NCBI GenBank assembly: GCA_964016885.1
Contig: OZ024747.1
Span: 40,796,001 to 40,860,000, forward strand
From: Eledone cirrhosa
Taxonomy: Eukaryota
Direction: 5' to 3'
Length of the DNA: 64,000 bases
The stretch's first letter is position 1. Each line of letters begins with the position of its first letter. The position numbers were made by a program, and so were the translations under genes. The notes under the pieces were generated by a model that was not told the DNA's origin, did no database searches, and saw nothing but the letters and a program-made list of their open reading frames with translations. Shown here in pieces: positions 1-13,166 of this stretch.

Positions 1-813
1 AACTTTTTGAGATAGTCCCTAGTGCGCCTATGACAATCGGGATCACTTTGACTTCATGGCAGTTCCAAATCCTTTTTACCTCCCACTTTAAGTCCTGGTA
101 TCGGTTAATTTTCTCCCTCTCCTTCTCTTGCACTCTCGTGTCGAATGGGCAGGCCACATCTACAATTAGGCACGATCTTTTTTCTTTGTCCACAACCACC
201 AGGTTAAGTCTATTGTGTTCCAGTTTCTTGTCCGTCTGTATCCTAAAATCCCACAGCACCTTCACCTGATCGTTCTCCATCACCGCCTCTGGCTTATGCT
301 CATACCACTTCTCAGAATGTGGTTAATTGTTTACTTTGCAGAGGTGCCAGTGGATCACCCTGCCCATCACATCATGTCTCCAGCCCTTATAGTGAGTCTG
401 GGCTAGGTGTTTACACTCGGATACAATGTGAGCCACAGTCTCCTCTCTGTCTCCACAGATCCTGCACAGTGGGCTAGCCTCCTCCTTGTAAATATGGTGT
501 TTCAACCACTTCGTTTTGAGGGCCTGCTCCTGCGCAGCCATTAACATTCCTTCTGTAGCCTTTTTATGGTCTCCTCTTTTCAACCAGTTCCATGTCTGTG
601 GATCTCTAAATTCAGTTTTCTCAAAGAAGGTATTATGAAGGGATTTTCCCTTAAGGCTGCTCTTCCTCCTTGATGTTATTTCCTCCTTGGACATCCCCTG
701 GCCTACTGTCCCCTCCTTCAGTACAGTTCTGAGCATTGGCTCCTTACTATAGGTCACGTATTTGTATAGGTTGTTTTTCTCCATCTGAACACAGTCCTCT
801 ATGCTGATAAGAC

Positions 814-816
<3 letters not shown>
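1..816 (-). mobile_element. 5'-truncated R4/Dong-clade LINE copy, same family as 1012-4640; runs off the window edge
   Basis: Near-identical to about 1194-2008. Encodes the CRICG..ETVAHIVSEC zinc knuckle and RHD motif (ORF 323-784). The endonuclease PD motif is mutated (RLNL instead of RPDL). Its 5' end abuts (TAA)n at 817. Confidence 0.9.
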
Positions 817-888
<72 letters not shown>

Positions 889-899
889 GTTGTTATTAC
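817..899. repeat. (TTA)n/(TAA)n microsatellite, Dong tail/target
   Basis: Direct reading of the sequence. Confidence 0.95.
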
Positions 900-1011
900 T
901 CTTTGAGTCTCAGTCATTGATGTTAGTTAACTGGAAAGTTTGTTGAAATGAATATCAAGCCACTACCTTATTATTTATTATTATTATACATTATTGTTAT
1001 ACATTATTATT

Positions 1012-4000
1012 CCTTGAATCACAGTCATTGATGTTAGTTAACTGGAAAGTCCGTTGGAATGAATATCAAGCCACTACCTGCAGCCTCAGATATTCAGGAC
1101 GTATCTGAGGGTTCTTGCTGTTCCCAGCAAGCATGCCTTTTGAAGCGTTCCAAAAAGCGTGAAGGGGTCAATTTTCTTTAACCATCCCTGGAAACTTTTG
1201 GAGATAGTCCCCAGTGCGCCTATGACAATCGGGATCACTTTGACTTCATGGCCGTTCCAAATCCTTTTTACCTCCCACTTTAAGTCCTGGTATCGGTTAA
1301 TTTTCTCCCTCTCCTTCTCTTGCACTCTCGTGTCGAATGGGCAGGCCACATCCACAATCAGCCACGATCTTTTTTCTTTGTCCACAACCACCAGGTCAGG
1401 TCTATTGTGTTCCAGTTTCTTGTCCGTCTATATCCTAAAATCCCACAGCACCTTCACCTGATCGTTCTCCATCACCGCCTCTGGCTTATGCTCATACCAT
1501 TTCTCAGAATGTGGTAAATTGTTTACTTTGCAGAGGTGCCAGTGGATCACCCTGCCCATCACATCATGTCTCCAGCCCTTATAGTGGGTCTGGGCTAGGT
1601 GTTTACACTCGGATACAATGTGAGCCACAGTCTCCTTTCTCTCTCCACAGATCCTGCACAGTGGGCTAGCCTCCTCCTTGTAAATATGGTGTTTCAACCA
1701 CTTCGTTTTGAGGGCCTGCTTTTGCGCAGCCATTAACATTCCTTCTGTAGCCTTTTTAAGGTCTCCTCTTCTCAACCAGTTCTATGTCTGTGGATCTCTA
1801 AATTCAGTTTTCTCAAAGAAGGTACTATGAAGGGATTTTTCCTGAAGGCTGCTCTTTCTCCTTGATGTTATTTCCTCCTTGGACATCCCCTGGCCTATTG
1901 TCCCCTCCTTCAGTACAGTTCTGAGCATTGGCTCCTTACTATCAGTCACGTATTTGTGTAGGTTGTTTTTCTCCATCTGAACACAGTCCTCTATGCTGAT
2001 AAGACCTCTTCCACCCTCAGATCTCCTTAGGTAGAGTCTATCGACATCACTCCTCTTGTGGAACATGTTGTAGATAGTCAATAGCTTCCTAGTCTTCCTA
2101 TCCATTTCTTTTTGTTCAGCAACATTCCATCTCAGAATTCAAGCACTGTACCTAATAATAGACACAGCTCGGTAATTTACTGCGCTTATGGCATTTCTGC
2201 TCTTCAGATGTGACTTCAATACGCTCCTTACTCTCCGAATGTATTCTGTTCTTAACAATTCCTTCATTTTTTTGTTCTTTATGCCATCAGCCTCCAGAAC
2301 GCCCAAATACTTGTATCCTTCCTCAGAGTCAATTTCCCACCTGTTGGTATCTGGATTCCGTTACTTCTGCTCAACCTACCCTTCCTCATCACAATGACTC
2401 CACACTTACCAATACCAAACTGCATACATATATCACTGCTGAAAATACGGAGTGTCAACAAGCACATCCAACTCCTTCTCACTCTTCCCGAAGAGCTTAA
2501 GATCGTCCATGAAGAGGAGGTGATTGATGGTAAGCCCTCCCTTTCCCAACCCGTATCCTGCTCTCACTTTTCGCAGTACACTGGTCAGGGGCATCAGCGC
2601 AAGGACAAACAACAGAGGGGACAGGCTATCTCCCTGGAAGATACCTCTCTTGATCTTCACGCTTTCCAAGGATTCTCCAGTTGATGTCAACTCTGTTTCC
2701 CAGGACCTGATACTCTTGCCCAACAACTGTTTGATGTTATCTGCCACCTTGAAGATCTCCAGGCTTTTGGTGATCCAAGAATGAGGCACCATGTCAAATG
2801 CCTTTCTGTAGTCTATCCATCCCATGGCAAGATCAGTGTGTCTCCTCCTGCAATTCCCCATTACCATCTTATCAATAAGTAACTGGTCCTTTGTACCACG
2901 TGACTTCTTTCGGCATCCTTTCTGTTCGTCCGGTAACAAGTTGTTTGTGTGGAGGTGATGGTAGATTTCCTCAGACATAATGCTCGTCAACAGTTTCCAC
3001 ATTACGGACAGACATGTGATAGGTCTATAGTTGGTAACATCATTACCCTTGATTCGGTCTTTCATTATCAGAACTGTGGTACCTTTTGTCAACCACTTTG
3101 GTACCTCACCTGACATCAAGCAGTCATTGAACATGGTTGTCAGTTTCGGGTGGAGGGATGTTATATTTTTAATCCAATACCCCTGCACACCATCTGGGCC
3201 TGGTGATTTCCAGTTGGTTAGTTTTTTGGCCTGCCCCTTAAGAGTTTCATCTGTGATACTCAAATCAGTTTGCTGGTGTGCCTGCTCACCGATCTCCCTC
3301 TGTACTGTCTCAATCCACCCTGCCTGGTCATTATGTCTAACATCCTGCTCCCATATTCCTCTCCAGAATGTTTTAGTTTGTTCCGCCTCAGGGATCAAGT
3401 CGTTGCCTCTTTCTTTCCCCTCAAGCTGTCCAAACAGCATCTTCTGGCTGTTGTCGAACATGCGGTTCTGTTTATACTGACTGACTCTGTTCTCGTATCG
3501 CCTGATTTTTGCACTCTTTGCTACAATGCGTTGCTTCAGTTCCTCTATGATAATATTTAGCTTTTTCCTCCTAGTTTTGTACTTTATTTCCAGTCTATTT
3601 TTAGTGCCTATGTTTTTTAGTGTCCCATTCAGTAGTGACTCAAGCTTTCCAATGTCATTTCTCATTTCCCTGATTTGACCACTCAGTCGTTTCTTCCACC
3701 TAGGCTCTGCTCTTTCTTGTCTGTTGTTTCCTCTCGCTTTCATACCAAGTAGTTTCCTCACCGTATTTGATGTTGCTTTGAGTATATTGTTGCACTGGTG
3801 AAGGCTCCTCGCCTCAAGGTATGGGATGACTTTGTTTACCTTAGCTGTTGTTTCTTTTAACTTTTTCCTGTCTACAAATCTTAGGTTCATAGGTCTCCCA
3901 CTATCATTGTTCAATTCATCTACCACTAAATTTAGGATGTCAACCGAATCTTGTCCTAGCCCGCCAGCATTCATCTCCTCAGTGGCCGTATCTCTGTTCC

Positions 4001-4640
4001 AGGTATTATTTATCTCAGTATTCAGATCATTGTCTGCTTCGGGTGGTTCCTCCGTTCTCTCGACCTCTTCACCTTCATTTCCCACTGGCTCGTTTGCCTG
4101 GCATACTCCACCCTCCATCTCCAAGCTAATCTCTCTGCTCAGTTCCTCCAGTTCCAGCTCGCTTATCCACCCATTAGTTCTTATTACCCGAGCCTGCCCG
4201 GCCAATTTTTGTTCATCTAATTTAAATAGACCAATCTCGTTCCAGATGTTATGCATCCGTCTCCTATAGCCCCTCTCCTTGGGGTTACTTTTCAGGTAAC
4301 ATTGCATAACAGTTCTATTCAATTCTTTCGTCCAGTTGGTTCTGGTCCCTTTCCTTCTTCTTCTTCCTCCGACACCAGCAGTATTTGGTTGACAGCCAGC
4401 TTCCTGCTGCTGAGCCAGGTTCCTGCTGCTGAGCCGGGGAGCACCTGTTGGGTGAGAGTCTGTCACATGACGTTCTAGTCTCCATTTCACCGTTATTCGA
4501 ACTGTTTAGGTTCGATATTTAAACACTCTTATCGAAGATTGGCGAATGTATGGTTACATAACCATCTGTGGATTCACCGTCTCCGGTGGTTGGTCGCTCC
4601 ACTTGGCTCTTGTGTGGCATTATCACCACGCTGTAGACGA
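1012..4640 (-). mobile_element. R4/Dong-clade non-LTR retrotransposon (RT plus restriction-like endonuclease), near full length, disrupted
   Basis: ORF 2433-4490 has RT motifs (NYRPITCL, IDYRKAFD, GIFQGDSLSP, HLLFMDDLKLF). Downstream frames 2105-1086 give the CCHC knuckle, RHD, and PD..D..E-K endonuclease motifs. The 3' UTR ends in (TAA)n. Frameshifts near 2480-2280 and a stop near 1782. Confidence 0.93.
2433..4490 (-). pseudogene. R4/Dong ORF, N-terminal region plus reverse transcriptase (685 aa, frameshifted after the MDD motif)
   Basis: Translated RT motifs in the ORF track. Confidence 0.9.
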
Positions 4641-5021
4641 ACACAAATAAACAAACAAACAAACAGGCAGAAAAACCCCCAAAAATGAATAAGCATAAGT
4701 TTCATTGTAATGTAGTGTTCGAATGTCTGACTTAGTTTTTCCCTTCTCTTCTCTGTCCGTCCGCTTGTTTCTCTCTACATTCTTATTTTCTTTACGTTTT
4801 TTTGTTTTTGTTTTTCTCTGTTTGTTTTTCTTTTTTTTTTGTTGTTGTTGCTGTGCTGCTTTGGTTTTGATTTTTGATTTTTGTTTTTTCTTTTGAGTCT
4901 ATCTATATATTTTGATGCCTTCCTCTTTTTTAGTAGGAATTCTATAATGTGGTGGCAGTGCTGTGCTAGCGGAAACTAGCAGGAAGCAATGGGAGAGAAT
5001 AGCGGCGGTAGCGATACTGAG

Positions 5022-5713
5022 GCAGTGGTGGTGGTGATGTCGATACTGAGGCAGTGGTGGTGGTGATGTGATCGTATTACTGTAGTGATGGTGTTGTAGC
5101 GGTCGTAGCAATGAAGGAGTGGTGGCGGCGGTGATGGGATAGTGGTAGTAATGATGGATGGGCGGCGTTGTCGTTACTGATGTCCGTTCGGTGAATCTAT
5201 GGGGTTAGTCGCGTACATGTGTTGACATAAATTCCCTTAATGTTGGAATTAAACATTTTGTTAAAACTTGGGACAATAATAATAGTATTTATTATTATCA
5301 TTATTATGTTGAGATTGGTTGAGGTGGTGGTGAAGTTGCCGTTATCTGGCTGTTGTGTTTAGTGTACACAGAGAGGTGATGGGGTAGGTGGTGTATCTAG
5401 TTTCTGGTATTGGTGAGATTGGTGTTGTTTGGCTGTTCTATATAGTGTAGACAGAGGAGGGGGGTTCTTCTTCTTCCATTTATAGCCATTTTCTTTTTTG
5501 AATATACAATGTACAATACAAAGTTGAATATTTGAATATTTGAGCCTTATAACAATATATTTTGGGTCCGAATTTTTGGGGGGCTCAAGCCGGATGCTTT
5601 ACGTAACATTTGTACTAAGAGTTGTTATTTCACAAATGATTTAAATATGTTAAAAATTCAAAACTTACGGGAGCGATTTCATGACCTTCTACCACCTCGT
5701 GCGTCTTCTTCCC
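5022..5713 (-). repeat. 5' module X, copy 1 (duplicated at about 10262-10800)
   Basis: 5022-5157 and 5323-5713 match 10262-10396 and 10408-10800 almost base for base. Both copies abut (TTA)n. Confidence 0.88.

Positions 5714-5804
<91 letters not shown>
5714..5804. repeat. (TTA)n microsatellite
   Basis: Direct reading. Confidence 0.95.
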
Positions 5805-5806
<2 letters not shown>

Positions 5807-5930
5807 AGTTGCATTTATCTTGCTTTATGTTCATACGAGTTATCACCAAGTCACAACCAGTGACCTCAAGAGACAACAAGGTCCGCCATGTTCAAGAAAG
5901 AACATACATATTCATATTATTATTATTATT

Positions 5931-8900
5931 ACAGTTGCATTTATCTTGCTTTATGTTCATACGAGTTATCACCAAGTCACAACCAGTGACCTCAAGAGAC
6001 AACAAGGTCCGCCATGTTCAAGAAAGAACATATATATTCACACATGCATCTTTAGTGTTTAGACTTGTGATGTACTTATATTGACAGAATCTTCCTTAGT
6101 ATATGGGCAGTTCCCATTAGTACTATCTTTTGTATTTCTCCTATACGCGGGTTTCCTGGGATTTGCGATAAGTAATCATTAGACCGCTTAGGTATCATTC
6201 CCAGAGCGCCTACAACCACTGGTATTGTTTTAGTTCTCAATTTCCACATTTTTCCAATTTCTATCTCCAGGTCCTTATACTTGCTCAATTTTTCAAATGT
6301 TTTTATAGATACATTCCTGTCTATTGGAACAGACATATCAATTAGCAGGCATACCCTCTTTTGGAAGTCTTTCAATATTATATCAGGTCTGTTTGCATCT
6401 ATTTTTCGGTCTGTTTGGATGCTAAAGTTCCACAAGATTGAGATGTGATCTTTTTCAAGTATGGGAGGTGGTTGATGCTCCCACCAATTCTTTTGATGGG
6501 GCAGGTCAAAATGCTTACACATTATCCAATGTATGTATTGTGCAGCTCTGTCATGCCTGTTTAGGTATTCGGTTGGAGTTATAGGACTGCACATTGAAAT
6601 TATATGGTCAATGGTCTCTGGTTGTTTTATGCATACTCGGTATAATGGGCTACACCCATTTTTTATTATGTTGGCTTGGTAATTTTTTGTTGGCAGACAC
6701 TGATCTTGTGCCGATATAATCAGTCCTTCAGTCTCCGATTTCAGTCCAGAGGATGCCAACCACTGATGGGTTAAAGTTTTGTCAACATCAGGATTGTTAG
6801 CTCGCTCTGAGTATTTTCCATACAGAGGCTTTTCTTGCCATTTCTTAGCCAGTTTCTGTAGCAGTTCTTTCTTTGCAGTTACTTTTACCTGCTTTGCTTT
6901 TTATGTGTTTTCCATTTCAGCAGTAAATGGGACTTCTGAAATTTGTAGTCCATTACTGTATCTTTGTGCATCTTTTGTAATGGAATATGATCTGTTGATG
7001 CTTTCGTGTTTCAAAACGAGTTTGATCATCCAATCATGTGATTCCCTTAGATATGTAGATAATCCAATTGTTGCAGTTTTCAACGCAATGTCTAACTGGA
7101 TTAACCCACGTCCTCCTTCTTTCCTAGGGAGATATATTCTATCTATATCTGCCTTAGGGTGATGCATTCTGTGCATGGTTAAGAATTTTCGAATTTTTGT
7201 ATCGAGCCTACGGATCTTTGTGCTTGACCAGTTGATGACATTGTAACTGTAGGTTACTACTGGTATGGCAAGCGTGTTTATGGCATTGATCCTATTCCTT
7301 GCATTCAATTCCGTTCTTAAAATTGCTCTTACTCTGCGGTAACATTCCTTCCTTATCCTTTCCCTCATTGTCGAGTGCTTGATTCCGTCTCCTTCACAAA
7401 CACCTAGATATTTGTAAGTTTTTTCTTGATCAAGTTCTCTTATCACGTTCCCCCGATCAAGATTAATGTCTGAACTTTTCAGCAGCTTTCCTCTGGTGAA
7501 CGTTGCTTTGGCGCATTTATCTAGTCCAAACTCCATTTTAATGTCATCACTGAACTGCTTCACAGTGGATAATAGCCCTTGCAATTGTTCATCATTTTTT
7601 GCAAATAGTTTCAGGTCATCCATGTAGAACAGGTGATTAATGGTTTTGTCATAAACTTTATATCCATGTTTTGTTTCATTGAGCATTTTACTTAATGGTA
7701 TAAGTGCGATGCAGAATAAAAGCGGTGATAAAGAGTCACCCTGAAAAATTCCACAATTAATATTAACTTCTCCAGCTTCCAGTGATTTTGTTTCACTATT
7801 CAAAAGGAGTGTCGTTTCCCATGTCTTCATACTGAATGACAAAAACCTCCTGACAACGGGGGATATTTTGAAAATCTCTAAACATTTTTCAATCCAACTG
7901 TGTGGCAAACTATCGAATGCGTTTTTATAATCTATCCAAGCAATCGATAGATTTTTGTGTCATATGAGAAATAGGTCATTTGTTATCAGGTGATCATATG
8001 TGTATTCAGTTAGGACTGATGTTAAAATTTTATACATTGTGGTCAAGCAAGTTATCGGTCTGTAATTTTGGGGATTGTTTGTCTCATCATTCTTCGGAAG
8101 CAGGAATGTAATGCCGTTAACTAGCCATGATGGTATCTTTTCTGGCTCCTTAACTATTTCATTGTAAAGTTGGGCTAACAGCTCATGAGACTCTGTGAAG
8201 GCATTTATCCAAAAGTTTTGTATTTTGTCTTTTCCTGGGGATTTCCATTTGCTGGTTTTTCTTAGAGCCAAGCGCAACTGTTCAACTGTTATATTTTCCC
8301 ATATTTGTTCCTCAAGGTGAGCTGTATCTTTCATGTGTCTGTCTATCCATGGGGCATGTATGTTATGAACTATTTCTTCGGCCCAGATCTTTTCCCAGAA
8401 TTCTTGCACTTCCTCCTTGGGTGGTATTGATTTAGCAGTTATTGTTGACTTACCAACTTTTCTGTAGAAGTCTCTTTGGTTGTTTTTGAACATATTATTG
8501 TCCTTATAGAATCTAGATCGTTTTTCAAAGCGCTTTATACGAGCAGCTTTGGCCGACACTTTTTGCTTGATTATTTCTATCAGCATGTCTATGTCACATG
8601 TTGATTTTATACTGTACTTTTTTTTCAATTTTCTAAGTTTAGTTTGTTTAACATGTTCACCTACTTTATAGTTTGTTAAAATTTTTATGTCAGATCGGAG
8701 AAGGTTTATTTGGCGATTGATGTTCTCTTGCCAAGTAGATTTCTTGTGGGAATTCCTTTGTTTTTTCATCTTCACTCCACATAAGTGAGTGGTGACTTTA
8801 GCCGATGCATAATAGAGATGATTTAAATCAGTAATGTTTAGTTTGTTTGTGATGATTATGTTTTTGAGAATTATGTTAGTCTTGTGTATTATCTTTTGGT

Positions 8901-9810
8901 TCTGTTTGGAGTTCTGGATCTTAGGGAGGGTGTCTCGTTGCCCCATGTCAGATTCTTTCATTTTCATCCATTCGATCATAATTTCATCCTTCAAGTTGGC
9001 AAGTTCATTCTCATTCATTTCTTTATCATTTACGATCTCATTATTTTCATTTGGAGTTTCATCCTGAGCATGCACTCCCTCCACTTTTTCGATCCTTTCT
9101 TTAATTTGTTCTGTTGCCAGTGATTCCGCCCCAACCCTGGGATTCGAAGTGTTACAGTTTACCTCGTTTTCACTGACACATGTTTCATTTTCCCTTCGCT
9201 GACTTTGTGCTAATAGCTTGATCTGATCAATTTCTATATCAGTTAGTAACTTTTTTCTTACAATATTTCTTCGTATATTGGCTAGTTTGTTACTGTCAAT
9301 ATAGCCTCTGTTTTCGGGATGTTTCTTTTTCCAGTTGATATATGTCTGTTCTGTATTCGATGTATTTGATGGGTAGTACATGGCAGTGTAGAAAGCCTCA
9401 AGGACTTCTTTATTATCTTCCCTTCACCATTTTTCTCTCTTTTTCTTTGGATTTCTTGGTGGTGAGCATGGAGGGCCAACAGTAGGAGTATTCCGGTTAT
9501 GGGAGGTCTCCAGCTCCGAAGTGATGGGAAGGTTTGAACCATTAGCTGATTTTTCGACCCCAGTCTGGTTCCTCTCTGAGGGACGCGGCCCTTTTTTACC
9601 CGGGTGACGGCCGATCCGGTATGAGATTTTATCATTAGACATTTACTTTATTTTGTCGCGTTTTATCCTTATCCGCCAAGGGGTAATCATTTCGTGTTAC
9701 CACTTCTAGAACGAGTGTCAACCAAGACTAGAGGGGTCGTTCTCCCCTAGAGACACGGCTATTCCCCGCCGGCCGCACTCACGGTATTTCTTGGTCACGG
9801 GGTTTTCTTT
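5931..9810 (-). mobile_element. Second, divergent R4/Dong-clade LINE, near full length, disrupted
   Basis: ORFs 9381-7960, 7908-6901 and 6759-6076 carry NYRPITCL, GIFQGDSLSP, HLFYMDDLKLF, ETIDHIISMC, RHD, RPDII..D and KYKDLEIE. The RT segment equivalent to EQKGC..DQLLI appears deleted near 7960. The 3' UTR ends in (TAA)n. Confidence 0.93.
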
Positions 9811-10261
9811 TTGTTGTTTTTTTAAATTGTTATTATCATGAGTGGTTCCTTAATGTGAGCATAGCGTGGCTTAAGAATGAAATTATTAATAATTGTCTCC
9901 ACTCCAGGCACAAGGCCAGCAATCACCCAGTGCATTACAATAATATAATATACTTTTTGTTGTAGTTGGCTGTTATTGTTGTTGGCTATGTCGGTGGTGG
10001 TGCCGGGGCTTTTTATATTGTTGGTGAGGAAGGGGTGAGCCAGCAGTCCCATAGTTGTTGATGTTGACGTTTGGTGACCAGGTCACTAAGTCAATCTATT
10101 TATATATTTTGCTAGCCTCTCCCTTGTCTAGTGATACCGCCACCTTCCCCTTTCTCTCTCAAGTTAACAGGGGAATAGTGGTGGTAGCATTGAAGGAGTG
10201 GTGGCGGCGACGATGGGATAGCGGTAGCAATGATGGATGGGGTGGGGGGTGGCAGCGGTGA

Positions 10262-10800
10262 CAGTGGTGGTGGTGATGTCGATACTGAGGCAGTGGTGGT
10301 GGTGATGTGATCGTATTACTGTAGTGATGGTGTTGTAGCGGTGGTAGCAATGAAGGAGTGGTGGCGGCGGTGATGGGATAGTGGTGGTAATGATGGCAGT
10401 AGTGAGTGGTGGTGGTGAAATTGCCGTTATCTGGCTGTTGTGTTTAGTGTACACAGAGAGGTGATGGGGTAGGTGTTGTATCTAGTTTCTGGTGTTGGTG
10501 AGATTGGTGTTGTTTGGCTGTTCTATATAGCGTAGACAGAGGATGGGGGGGGGGGTCTTCTTCCATTTATAGCCATTTTCTTTTTTGAATATACAATGTA
10601 CAATACAAAGTTGAATATTTGAATATTTGAGCCTTATAACAATATATTTTGGGTCCGAATTTTTTGGGGCTCAAGCCGGATGCTTTACGTAGCATTTGTA
10701 CTAAGAGTTGTTATTTCACAAATGATTTAAATATGTTAAAAATTCAAAACTTACGAGAGCGATTTCATGACCTTCCGCCACCTCGTGCGTCTTCTTCCCT
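10262..10800 (-). repeat. 5' module X, copy 2
   Basis: Matches 5022-5713 and is followed by (TTA/TTC)n at 10800-10872. Confidence 0.88.
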
Positions 10801-10829
10801 TATTCTTATTCTTATTCTTATTATTATTC

Positions 10830-10872
<43 letters not shown>

Positions 10873-10874
<2 letters not shown>

Positions 10875-11520
10875 TTGGGGGGGGGGTCATATTGTTGTAA
10901 TAATATTGCCAGAAATAATAACTGAACACAATCACTGTTTGGTTGGTTTTCGCTTCTGTATCTTTTATATCTCCATAGTTAATTTATTTGGCCATCAATG
11001 TTTATCATTGACTGACCAACGGTTAAAAATACAGATATAAATATATATATATAGTCTATCAAAGTTCTTTCGTTGCACATCTGCAACATCATCAGTGGTA
11101 CTATGATCATGTGTCCTCCTATTGTGTTGTGTTTACGCCATTTTTATTTTATTTAATTATTGATTTATTGATTTTTGTCTCTGTCTCTGTGCATGCGTTT
11201 GCGTGTGTGTATAATGTTTGGTGTGTGTGTTTGCGTTTGGGTGAGTGTGTTTTGGTTTTTGTATTCTATCTTTGTTTATTAGTGTGTGTTTATATGTGTT
11301 TGTTGTTATTGTACTAGTGTATATATTTATTTATATTTCTCTTAAGTCAGTATTGTGTGTTTGGATGTTTTTGTTGTTGTTCCATTTATTTTTTCTGTTT
11401 AACTTTAGCTTTCTAAGCTCTATTTCGCTCGGTTCTCAGATTTTCCTGCCTGTTGGGTCATTTCTATGTTTAGATATTATTTTAATTTCTATGTTGTCTA
11501 TGTTACCGTCATGTTTTTAT
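10873..11520 (-). mobile_element. Penelope-like element 3' fragment (GIY-YIG C-terminus plus pseudo-LTR with hammerhead)
   Basis: Reverse-complement homolog of about 27420-28090. Confidence 0.8.
11057..11100 (-). ncRNA. Minimal type I hammerhead ribozyme motif (family B variant)
   Basis: Minus strand reads TACCA CTGATGA T GTTGC-AGATGT-GCAAC GAAA GAAC TT TGATA. Confidence 0.65.
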
Positions 11521-12057
11521 CTGTGTCTGTGAGTGTGTGTGTGTATAAATGTATGTATAATATATCCCCCCCCCATACTTTTGTTTGATCAGTTGACTAC
11601 CTTGTTAATCGAAGGAAGTATATATTTACCACCTTCTCACCAATTTACCACAACACCCTGGTCGGTCATGCCACTGTAAAATTTATAGTAACTATCTTAG
11701 CACAGCACACACGCATTACTATTGTTGACTTTGCCTATCTGTGGACTTTTGGTTGTTTGTTCTTAGGATTAGCCAGCTGACGAGATCCCTGCGAAGTCCT
11801 AATTGTTAATTAGCAATTGGTATGATGAAAATCATGTAATTCAAGCGTTTGAAATATGAGTTTGTTGACGTTTTCAGTGTTGAATTTCTTTAAATTCTTA
11901 TTCGCCTTATTATGTACAATTTAGATACGGTCGCTACACGAATCTATCGAAATCAGGTTTTCACATTTGTTTTTATTGTGGTTTCGTGAGCGGCAAGATC
12001 TAAATCATAGTGAATGATTATATGCATTTACTACAGTATCCATCTAAATTCCTATCA

Positions 12058-13070
12058 GAAGGGCATTCAAAAGGTCAGTGGAAAAATGACATTAAAAAAA
12101 TGTATGAATGTAAAAAAATGTATCTCCTCACATAAGCACCATCAATATGAAGATACTTTTGTAAGTGATAAAATCAGCCATTTACACCGTCCTGATAGGA
12201 CGGAAGATCCTAATAATTTAACCATGGTAAACTGACAGTTTTTACATCATTAATGGGCTCAAATTGGTTACCTTTAAAATCTGTTTTTAAGTTTTGGAAA
12301 TAGAAAAGAATTAGGTGCTAAGTCAGGACTATAGGGTTTTCTAATAATTTCCTATTAAAAGTCTCTCAAGGTTCCCTTTGTTTGACGAGGGGATAGGGTA
12401 AGAGTATTGTCGTGGTGGAAAAAATTCTCTGATGAAGTTTTCTGCTATATTTACGGCTAAATTTCTCAAAACATTTTCATAATGAGATGTTACTCTTTTT
12501 CTTCCATATAAGAACTCAACAAACAAAATACCATCAACATCTCAAAAGAATGTTGCTCTAATCTTTCCTCCTGAACGGTTCTCTCTTGATTTGATCAGAC
12601 CCTTTCCACCTTGAGTAACAATTGCTTGGACTGAGCCACGTTTTATCTCCAGTCACAATTCGCCTCAGAGAGCCTTCTGAATTTTGATCGCATTTGTTTA
12701 AATCTTCTAAAGAAAGCCCTGCTCTTGTTTGTTGTTGATTCGGGTACAGCAATCTTGGCACCCAGAGGGAAGAAAGTTTGCTCACCTTTGATTTATCACA
12801 TAAAATTGTGTGAACCGAACAAACGAAGATGTCAAGGGTGCGAACAATGTTGTCTATCTCTATCAATTAAATATCGAACAGCATCGGTTTCTCTTCACAA
12901 ACTCATTCTGATGGCCTGCCAGTCCGTTCATTATCTTTAAAACGAGTTATCCATATGCAAATTGCTGACTCTTTTTTAAAGGGAAGGGTCGCCATGAACA
13001 TATTTCAAAGCGTTAATAATGTCCTTTTTCTTCAAACCAGATTCTACCATTAAAGTATATTTTCCTGAAT
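12058..13070 (-). mobile_element. Decayed mariner (Tc1/mariner) transposon
   Basis: ORF 12558-12866 contains the mariner signature WVPRLL and IVTGDKTW (first catalytic Asp region). The rest is degenerate. Confidence 0.8.
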
Positions 13071-13116
13071 ATTATGTGGTTTATATGGATACAAAATAGT
13101 TTTTTTTTTCAAACGA

Positions 13117-13164
<48 letters not shown>

Positions 13165-13166
<2 letters not shown>

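Noticed and set aside
5647-6084. Poly-Leu, poly-Tyr and poly-Asn ORFs
   Set aside because: (TTA)n tract plus a duplicated LINE 3' UTR.
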